Virus record (IMG/VR): IMGVR_UViG_3300012347_000477
Coordinates: 1-64,000 of that record
Source: an uncultured virus (IMG/VR IMGVR_UViG_3300012347_000477)
Taxonomy: Duplodnaviria; Heunggongvirae; Uroviricota; Caudoviricetes
Direction: 5' to 3' (one strand)
DNA length: 64,000 bases
This document shows positions 1 through 5,697 of the stretch, one piece after another. The stretch's first letter is position 1, and every line of letters begins with the position of its first letter. The translations under genes and the position numbers were made by a program. Below the pieces are notes generated by a model that was not told where the DNA came from, searched no databases, and saw only the letters and a program-made list of their open reading frames with translations.

Positions 1-53
1 TACGCCGGATTGTCGATCCGAATACAAGAGTTCAATTCTCTTACGAGGCGCCA
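1..53 (+). tRNA. tRNA-Asp(GTC), 3' part (5' end outside window)
   Basis: Anticodon arm CCGGA-TT-GTC-GA-TCCGA; T-arm AAGAG-TTCAATT-CTCTT; ends G-CCA. Confidence 0.85.
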
Positions 54-59
54 AGCTTA

Positions 60-78
60 AGAATGCATACAGCATTTT
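60..78 (+). ncRNA. truncated or degenerate copy of the CAGCA scaffold motif
   Basis: CCA-AGCTTA-AGAATGC-ATA-CAGCA has the same spacing from a tRNA end as the full copies, but no anticodon arm or closing CTG. Confidence 0.45.
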
Positions 79-87
79 ATGTTATAT

Positions 88-162
88 AGGGATTAAATCG
101 ATAGGAGCAGATATCAGTCTTTGAAACTGAGTGAGAAGGATCGTTACCTTCAATCCCTGCCA
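88..162 (+). tRNA. tRNA-Gln(TTG), atypical T-loop
   Basis: AGGGATT/AATCCCT acceptor; TCAGT-CT-TTG-AA-ACTGA; T-arm GAAGG-ATCGTTA-CCTTC; GCCA end. Confidence 0.85.
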
Positions 163-168
163 AGTTTA

Positions 169-223
169 AGGATGCGTTCAGCAACATTATAATTCAAATT
201 GAAATTGAAAAATAAGCATCCTG
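169..223 (+). ncRNA. anticodon-mimic small RNA, copy 1 (loop AT-TGA-AA, Ser-like)
   Basis: AGGATGC/GCATCCT stem, GTT-CAGCAA, inner TTCAA-ATTGAAA-TTGAA; nearly identical to 3010-3065. Confidence 0.7.
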
Positions 224-228
224 TTAAT

Positions 229-303
229 GTTGATCGTAGTGTAAAGGAAGCACCCAATCTTGTGACGATTGTAGTGGGATATCATAATTCCTCGATCAAC
301 CCA
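229..303 (+). tRNA. tRNA-His(GTG) with G-1
   Basis: G-TTGATCG/CGATCAA-C-CCA; CAATC-TT-GTG-AC-GATTG; non-canonical T-arm. Confidence 0.85.
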
Positions 304-310
304 AAATTTA

Positions 311-399
311 GGAAGATTAAACAGACTGGGTCTGTATCTGTCTTGAAAACAGAATGTTCTCGAAAGAGAATGGAGTTCGATTCTGCCAATCTTCCGCCA
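311..399 (+). tRNA. tRNA-Ser(TGA)
   Basis: GGAAGAT/ATCTTCC; TCTGT-CT-TGA-AA-ACAGA; long variable arm TTCTC-GAAA-GAGAA; GCCA end. Confidence 0.9.
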
Positions 400-408
400 A
401 ACAAATGT

Positions 409-483
409 ACCCGAGTAATATAGTGGTCTGTATAATCGCTTGATAAGCGATAAGTGGTGGATCGTTCCCACCCTCGGGTACCA
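409..483 (+). tRNA. tRNA-Ile(GAT)
   Basis: ACCCGAG/CTCGGGT; ATCGC-TT-GAT-AA-GCGAT; T-arm GGTGG-ATCGTTC-CCACC; ACCA end. Confidence 0.88.
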
Positions 484-491
484 GAGATATC

Positions 492-564
492 AGCAATATA
501 GCTCAGGTGGTAGAGCATCTGCTTCATACGCAGATTGTCGCTAGTTCGAATCTAGCTATTGCTA
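492..564 (+). tRNA. tRNA-CAT (Met or Ile2), CCA not encoded
   Basis: AGCAATA/TATTGCT; D-arm GCTC..GAGC; TCTGC-TT-CAT-AC-GCAGA; TTCGAAT T-loop. Confidence 0.88.
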
Positions 565-582
565 CTTATTAATTAATTTACT

Positions 583-1293
583 ATGATACAAAACATTGTT
601 GTTTCGACTGGAGTTAGTGGACAAACTGTTAGCTCAAACTTAACAGAAACGCCCACAGACGTGTTAGCTAGTGAATTGGCTTTATTAAATATCGGCGACT
701 TCGAAGCCCTAGATTTCAAAATAGACTGTAATCAGTTCATGCATGAAATATCAACATTTGAAAATGCGTGGGTTGATTATTTGCCTCGAGCTGACAGACC
801 TAATAATCGAACAAGTTTAGTTTTGTCAAATCTACCTGGTAAATCACATACTGATAATCCGAGCTTAGCACAAGCATGTGTAGCAGCTGGAAGAAGAATA
901 AGCGAAAATGAGTTTTCGTCTAAAACACAGGTGTATGACGCATGCCATAGCTTGCATCCGTTGTTAACTGAGTTTGCTCCGTTAGGAAGATCCTTTTTAG
1001 TGAAGTGTAATATTGGTGGGTACTTTGTCCCTCATCGAGATCATCCGCAGTTGCCTAGAGAGTGCTTTAGAATAGTTGTGTTTTTAAATAATTGTGCCCC
1101 TACTGAATATGATTGGATTATGGAAACTGATAAGAAATTATCAATTGAATTAGGAAGAGCATACTATGTAAATACTCGTAAAACTCATAGAACAATATCA
1201 TGGGTTGATAATAGTATTCATTTAATTTTAAATATCCCGTTTACTGCGTCAAATGTTCAAAAAGTGCTGGCTCATTTAAGATATAAACATTAA
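583..1293 (+). CDS. 2OG-Fe(II) oxygenase (Asp/Asn beta-hydroxylase-like)
   Basis: PHRD HxD motif, distal H (KTHRT), HLILN end strand. Confidence 0.65.
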   Translation: MIQNIVVSTGVSGQTVSSNLTETPTDVLASELALLNIGDFEALDFKIDCNQFMHEISTFENAWVDYLPRADRPNNRTSLVLSNLPGKSHTDNPSLAQACVAAGRRISENEFSSKTQVYDACHSLHPLLTEFAPLGRSFLVKCNIGGYFVPHRDHPQLPRECFRIVVFLNNCAPTEYDWIMETDKKLSIELGRAYYVNTRKTHRTISWVDNSIHLILNIPFTASNVQKVLAHLRYKH

Positions 1294-1294
1294 T

Positions 1295-1996
1295 ATGCGA
1301 ACTGCCGAACAAATTGAGAAAATTAAAAGTAGATTTTCTGATCCATTTTTAGTAGAATCGGTTTTAACAGCAAATGATGTTCAGGAATTAATTGCTATAT
1401 ATGAAAGTCACTTAGACAAAACATATAAAAATACTGGACCAGTTACTGTTGATATCAATCAGTATTTAACTACTGATATTTTTAAATCTATTTTAGATAA
1501 GATAGAAGAACACATTGGACCGTTTACAGTATCCGCTGGAATGTTTTTTCAAACCGACTATCCGCATATTGTGCATAATGATGATACATTTTTACTAAGT
1601 GATAATGTATATAAAGGTATAACTTTACCGTTGCGGATAGAAGGAACTGTTGCTGAACCAAAATTATGTTTTTTTGATCAATGCTATTTTCATGGTCCTG
1701 CTAAGTTCTTTAACGGAGATGAAAATATACCAACATTTTACAATACGCAAGTATATAATTATGCCGATGTTGATAATTTGTCTTATAATGATTTTAACGA
1801 ACACGAAAGACTTGCATACTTAACTCATTTAAAACCACAATGGTTATCGGGATTAAGCCTACATTCAACATTACCGTGGCGGATCACTTCTGCATTAATA
1901 TTTGATAGTGTACGGCTGCATTGTGCTAGTGATTTTAGAACACTAGGAATTAGTAAAAAATTAGGCATAAGTATTTTCACAAATAAGTTGACATAG
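1295..1996 (+). CDS. putative 2OG-Fe(II) oxygenase
   Basis: VHND HxD motif; ALIFDSVRLHCAS distal His strand. Confidence 0.55.
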   Translation: MRTAEQIEKIKSRFSDPFLVESVLTANDVQELIAIYESHLDKTYKNTGPVTVDINQYLTTDIFKSILDKIEEHIGPFTVSAGMFFQTDYPHIVHNDDTFLLSDNVYKGITLPLRIEGTVAEPKLCFFDQCYFHGPAKFFNGDENIPTFYNTQVYNYADVDNLSYNDFNEHERLAYLTHLKPQWLSGLSLHSTLPWRITSALIFDSVRLHCASDFRTLGISKKLGISIFTNKLT

Positions 1997-2016
1997 AAAA
2001 TATTGTGTGTTATACT
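1988..2016 (+). promoter_or_regulatory. sigma70-type promoter for tRNA-Leu
   Basis: TTGACA-17bp-TATACT with extended TG. Confidence 0.75.
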
Positions 2017-2055
2017 TGTGTTAAATAAGCAAACATTATTGTTTATATTAGTAAT

Positions 2056-2140
2056 GCGTCTGTGATGTAATCGGTAGCCATGCGAGTCTTAGAAGCTCGT
2101 GCCGAAAGGCGTGTCAGTTCGAGTCTGACTAGACGCACCA
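2056..2140 (+). tRNA. tRNA-Leu(TAG)
   Basis: GCGTCTG/TAGACGC; CGAGT-CT-TAG-AA-GCTCG; variable arm GCC-GAAA-GGC; ACCA end. Confidence 0.92.
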
Positions 2141-2232
2141 ATTTAAACTTTGTGTAGCAGTTGTTTTACAATTTTTAGCTTGTTAATAAATATTATTAAT
2201 GCAAATATAATTGCAGTTAATTAAGGAAATTT

Positions 2233-2835
2233 ATGGAAAATACATTCGACCAGCTCGGATATCAAGTTGTAAATAATGTTATATCTGCCGAAACAGCTGA
2301 AATTTTAGCAAATGGATTTGCTAATCTTCGAAACTCAATTTATTTGCGAGACGGCGAAGATATTAATAAAATTGGTTATTTGAATGATCCTCAAGTTGAA
2401 AAATCGTTTTCTTATTACGGCTCGCCTACTTTCGAAGCATTGCTCGAAGCGGTGCATCCATTAGTAGAATCGGTTACTGGTAAAGAATTGTGGCCTACAT
2501 ATTCGTATGCTAGAATTTATTATCCAAACGCGGAAATGTTGTATCATATTGATAGACCCAGTTGCGAATACTCAATGACTCTAACATTACAAACTGACGG
2601 GAATCCATGGCCTATTTGGTTTATTGATAAGCAAAATGAGACTAAAGAATTAATGTTGGATGTTGGGGTAGGCTGTGTTTATAAAGGCATGGAATTACCT
2701 CATTGGAGAACACAGTTTACTGGGTCTCGACAAATTCAGGTATTTTTACATTATGTAGATAAAAATGGTCCGCACGCAGCATTAAAATACGACGGACGTA
2801 TTATGATTGGTGCGCCAAGAATACTTACTACGTAA
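2233..2835 (+). CDS. phage 2OG-Fe(II) oxygenase
   Basis: PTYSYARIY..HIDRPSCEYS..PHWR..QVFLHYV motifs. Confidence 0.8.
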   Translation: MENTFDQLGYQVVNNVISAETAEILANGFANLRNSIYLRDGEDINKIGYLNDPQVEKSFSYYGSPTFEALLEAVHPLVESVTGKELWPTYSYARIYYPNAEMLYHIDRPSCEYSMTLTLQTDGNPWPIWFIDKQNETKELMLDVGVGCVYKGMELPHWRTQFTGSRQIQVFLHYVDKNGPHAALKYDGRIMIGAPRILTT

Positions 2836-2861
2836 ATAAGACAGTATAAATACATCATAAC

Positions 2862-2890
2862 AGCTTGGTTTAAAAACAACTAGGCTTTTT
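2862..2890 (+). terminator. intrinsic terminator
   Basis: AGCTTGGTT/AACTAGGCT stem followed by T-run. Confidence 0.5.
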
Positions 2891-2928
2891 ATTAAAACAT
2901 GTTATAATATAGTATATTTTAATAAGAT

Positions 2929-3003
2929 GCGGGTATAACTCAGTGGTAGAGTGTCAGACTTCCAATCTGTTCGTCGCAAGTTCGATCCTTGTTACCCGCT
3001 CCA
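2929..3003 (+). tRNA. tRNA-Gly(TCC)
   Basis: GCGGGTA/TACCCGC; CAGA-CT-TCC-AA-TCTG; TCCA end. Confidence 0.92.
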
Positions 3004-3009
3004 AGTTTA

Positions 3010-3065
3010 AGGATGCGTTCAGCAACTCTTAAAATTCAACTTTTAATTGAAAAATAAGCATCCTG
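3010..3065 (+). ncRNA. anticodon-mimic small RNA, copy 2 (loop CT-TTT-AA, Lys-UUU)
   Basis: AGGATGC/GCATCCT stem, GTT-CAGCAA, inner TTCAA-CTTTTAA-TTGAA. Confidence 0.75.
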
Positions 3066-3075
3066 TTTAAATTGT

Positions 3076-3151
3076 AGCCGCGTAGAGAAATGGTATCTCA
3101 CTAGTCTCATAAGCTAGAGATAGCAGGTTCGATTCCTGCCGTTGGCAACCA
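3076..3151 (+). tRNA. tRNA-CAT, initiator-like (fMet)
   Basis: CTAGT-CT-CAT-AA-GCTAG; 1:72 mismatch; A11:U24; bulged acceptor stem; ACCA end. Confidence 0.8.
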
Positions 3152-3154
3152 CTT

Positions 3155-3244
3155 GGTTAGTTGGATGAGAGGTTTAAATCACTTTCCTGCTAAGAAAGAG
3201 TTCTAGAAATAGGACCAAGGGTTCGAATCCCTTACTAACCTCCA
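3155..3244 (+). tRNA. tRNA-Ser(GCT)
   Basis: GGTTAGT/ACTAACC; CTTTC-CT-GCT-AA-GAAAG; long variable arm; TCCA end. Confidence 0.9.
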
Positions 3245-3273
3245 AAATTGTTTTTAACCACCGAAAGAGTAAC

Positions 3274-3438
3274 ATGTCAAAATTAACAGCAAATTTTAAA
3301 ATCAGTTCACGCACAAAACGTTTAGCAGCAACCATGGCAAATGATGTTAAACGACACGAGTTTAAAAACATGATGACTGCTGCTGAATCTATTCAGCCGT
3401 ATCAAGGTAAATCTGCTAAAACAGGCAAACCTGCGTAG
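3274..3438 (+). CDS. small basic hypothetical protein (54 aa; not in ORF track)
   Basis: GAAAGAG RBS; MSKLTANFKISSRTKRLAATM...KPA*. Confidence 0.6.
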   Translation: MSKLTANFKISSRTKRLAATMANDVKRHEFKNMMTAAESIQPYQGKSAKTGKPA

Positions 3439-3439
3439 T

Positions 3440-3673
3440 ATGAGTAAAGGTTCGAGAGCAAGGCCGTATAGTGTTGATCGAACAACTTACGGAAATAATT
3501 GGGATTTAATTTTTAAGAAAGATAGTAATATGCAAGTTAGAGTAACTGAAAATACAAGCGAAGTCGGTAAATGTGGATGTGGTCGTAGCCCTACTGGAAA
3601 GTGTATTGGTTGGCACGGCTTATCTGAAGAAGAATTTCAGAAAAAACTTGCCGAGTATAATACTCCTAAATGA
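3440..3673 (+). CDS. CDGSH-like Fe-S/zinc-finger protein
   Basis: CGCGRSPTGKCIGWH resembles the CDGSH Cys3-His motif. Confidence 0.55.
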   Translation: MSKGSRARPYSVDRTTYGNNWDLIFKKDSNMQVRVTENTSEVGKCGCGRSPTGKCIGWHGLSEEEFQKKLAEYNTPK

Positions 3674-3692
3674 TACACTAATTCGTCAATGT

Positions 3693-3936
3693 TGCTAACA
3701 CACGTTAGCATTTCTAGTAAAATAAGTTTGTTAATGTAGAAATACATTAACCGTGAAGATAAAAAGTAGATTAGGATAGACATTCGATACGTCGAATAAC
3801 CTACTAAAAAATGGAAGTATATTAGGTATACCAAAATTTGTTTGTTGTAACAATACCTAGTATACAAACTCTGTAAGTTGATAAGTGTCTGTTGTAATAC
3901 ATAAACTGATGTATATGTATTGTATAGTTGTTCACT
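3693..3936 (+). ncRNA. candidate structured ncRNA (multi-hairpin)
   Basis: Five or more consecutive stems including GAAA and UACG tetraloops; no credible ORF. Confidence 0.5.
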
Positions 3937-3941
3937 ATTAC

Positions 3942-3970
3942 TTGACTTTTTATTATCACGTCTTTACAAT
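3942..3970 (+). promoter_or_regulatory. sigma70-type promoter upstream of rpoZ
   Basis: TTGACT-17bp-TACAAT. Confidence 0.65.
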
Positions 3971-3984
3971 CAATTTTCAAATAT

Positions 3985-4254
3985 ATGAATTCATCTCTTT
4001 CCTCAACAACTTCTAGTCTTTCATCCGAGGCAGCTGCTATTAAAGTAGGAAATCGGTTTACATTGGTATTAATGGCAACTCAACGTGCAAAGCAAATTGC
4101 AAAAGGGTCAGTTACAAAATTAACTGAAAAAAACTTATCACCTATTTCGGCAGCATTACGAGAAATCGAACAAGGCTTATTTACTGAAAAGGATTTTATA
4201 AAAAACTTACCAAGCAAAAAACCAACTAAATATCATGAAAATTACTCTTCGTAA
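3985..4254 (+). CDS. rpoZ: RNA polymerase omega subunit homolog
   Basis: KVGNRFTLVLMATQRAKQI..ALREIEQG matches the omega core. Confidence 0.85.
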   Translation: MNSSLSSTTSSLSSEAAAIKVGNRFTLVLMATQRAKQIAKGSVTKLTEKNLSPISAALREIEQGLFTEKDFIKNLPSKKPTKYHENYSS

Positions 4255-4801
4255 AGCAAACTCTATACAATCATCAATTACTGATGCAATTAAAAGTATA
4301 GTACTGAATCCTACTATTGAGATTAATGAATTTCAAGACCCTGCTGACGAAATAACTGTAGCTAACGGCTTATTATTTGAGAACGATAAAAGACGACAAG
4401 AATTGCTATTTGCATTATATAATATTCGAGGTTTAGTAGGGCAAGCAAATGTAGTCTCTGGTGTTGATCTTAACTTAACTAAAATTGCATATATTGATAA
4501 GCGATTAGAAATGCTAGTATCATTGGGTGCTAACAGTCCGATGCTTTCAATGAAATTTATTCAAGGTAAACTCAATAAAATTAAAGAGTCACCGGCTGAA
4601 GCTAGCATGTATCGATCCGATGATACGGTTAACACTTCCGTACTTAGTGCTGAACAACTTTTACAGATTAATAATGAAATTAAGTCGCTTAAGAAGCAAA
4701 AGCAACAACTTAATGATTTAATATTAGAAAGTAATATTAAGACAGATATCCCATTAACCGACGAAGTGGTCGCTACTCTTACTAGAGAAGGAATAATTTA
4801 A
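4235..4801 (+). CDS. hypothetical coiled-coil protein
   Basis: 188-aa ORF overlapping the end of rpoZ. Confidence 0.7.
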   Translation: MKITLRKANSIQSSITDAIKSIVLNPTIEINEFQDPADEITVANGLLFENDKRRQELLFALYNIRGLVGQANVVSGVDLNLTKIAYIDKRLEMLVSLGANSPMLSMKFIQGKLNKIKESPAEASMYRSDDTVNTSVLSAEQLLQINNEIKSLKKQKQQLNDLILESNIKTDIPLTDEVVATLTREGII

Positions 4802-4806
4802 TGCAG

Positions 4807-4847
4807 TATCTCCTAAGACGTATAAATAAATACGTCATAAGGAGATA
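4807..4847 (+). promoter_or_regulatory. late promoter TATAAATA inside an RBS-sequestering hairpin
   Basis: TATCTCCT..GACGTA/TACGTC..AGGAGATA stem; TATAAATA at 4821-4828. Confidence 0.7.
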
Positions 4848-4852
4848 TATTT

Positions 4853-5299
4853 ATGAAAGCATTAAAATTTGCATTGATTGCAATGGTAAGTTGGATGTTA
4901 ATGGGTTGCGGAACTATGGGCGAGTCTAGTTATGTAACCGGAGTTGCTGCTAATTCTGAAAGCAATATTAGTTATCAAAGTACACAAATGAAAGCACTAG
5001 ATGTTAATAATAAGTGTTACGATACTGCAACTAATACAATTGAACGAGCATTTTGTGCAATTGTACAAAATGGTACAGTTCCAGTTCAAACATTAGGCGG
5101 CAGACCAACTGCAATTCGTGTAGCTAAAACACCAGGTGAAATTGCAGGCGAAATTGCCGGTAAAGCACTTGATATTGGCGGAATGGCATACGGTGCTAAT
5201 CAACTTGGAAAAGCAGTTAGCAGTGGTATTAACGCTGCTGGTAAAGATCCATTAGTAGTACGACCAGAGATTGTAAATCCGGTTATTGTAGGTCCATGA
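4853..5299 (+). CDS. lipoprotein
   Basis: Signal peptide with LMGC lipobox. Confidence 0.7.
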   Translation: MKALKFALIAMVSWMLMGCGTMGESSYVTGVAANSESNISYQSTQMKALDVNNKCYDTATNTIERAFCAIVQNGTVPVQTLGGRPTAIRVAKTPGEIAGEIAGKALDIGGMAYGANQLGKAVSSGINAAGKDPLVVRPEIVNPVIVGP

Positions 5300-5324
5300 T
5301 AACGTAAGTTATTATTTTATTTTC

Positions 5325-5347
5325 AGGCTCTTCGGAGCCTTTTTTTT
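5325..5347 (+). terminator. intrinsic terminator
   Basis: AGGCTC-TTCG-GAGCCT followed by T-run. Confidence 0.9.
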
Positions 5348-5359
5348 CGACCTAAATTG

Positions 5360-5388
5360 TTGACTTAAATATAAAACAATTATATAAT
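5360..5388 (+). promoter_or_regulatory. sigma70-type promoter
   Basis: TTGACT-17bp-TATAAT. Confidence 0.8.
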
Positions 5389-5394
5389 AACTCT

Positions 5395-5646
5395 ATGTTT
5401 AAAGTATACTACACAGATTCAAACAACGTTGCTCATTCGTTAGATTTTAGCAACGATCATATGAAAGAAGCACTTGTTGCTACTCAAGATTTGCGAGATC
5501 GCAATTTTTCGTTTGTAACAATGGTTAGTGAAAATCCTGATAATATTGGAAAACCAGGAGTTGATTCAGTGAAGAATGGAATGACTCCAGATGGAGTTCC
5601 TTATACCTGGAATAAAGCTAGCAGAATCGGTGCAACCAGACGATAA
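5395..5646 (+). CDS. hypothetical protein, probably leaderless
   Basis: ATG 7 nt after the -10 box; 83 aa. Confidence 0.7.
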   Translation: MFKVYYTDSNNVAHSLDFSNDHMKEALVATQDLRDRNFSFVTMVSENPDNIGKPGVDSVKNGMTPDGVPYTWNKASRIGATRR

Positions 5647-5649
5647 AAT

Positions 5650-5685
5650 AGTTTAGTTACAGCAAACTAACTTACCCCTAAACTG
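5650..5685 (+). promoter_or_regulatory. CAGCA scaffold copy abutting the RBS of the TROVE/vWA gene (putative autoregulatory operator)
   Basis: AGTTTAG-TTA-CAGCAA...CTAAACT-G, then AAAGGAA and ATG. Confidence 0.6.
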
Positions 5686-5697
5686 AAAGGAATTAAC

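Noticed and set aside
187..527. ORFs 187-471, 199-423 and 282-527
   Set aside because: They overlap tRNA genes and the small RNA motif; spurious.
169..3065. Repeated elements read as CRISPR repeats or terminators
   Set aside because: Only dispersed copies, with no spacer array or cas genes; no U-tract and an internal anticodon-like arm.
3174..3867. Minus-strand ORFs 3174-3371 and 3637-3867
   Set aside because: Antisense to a tRNA, a small gene and the structured region; no RBS and implausible composition.
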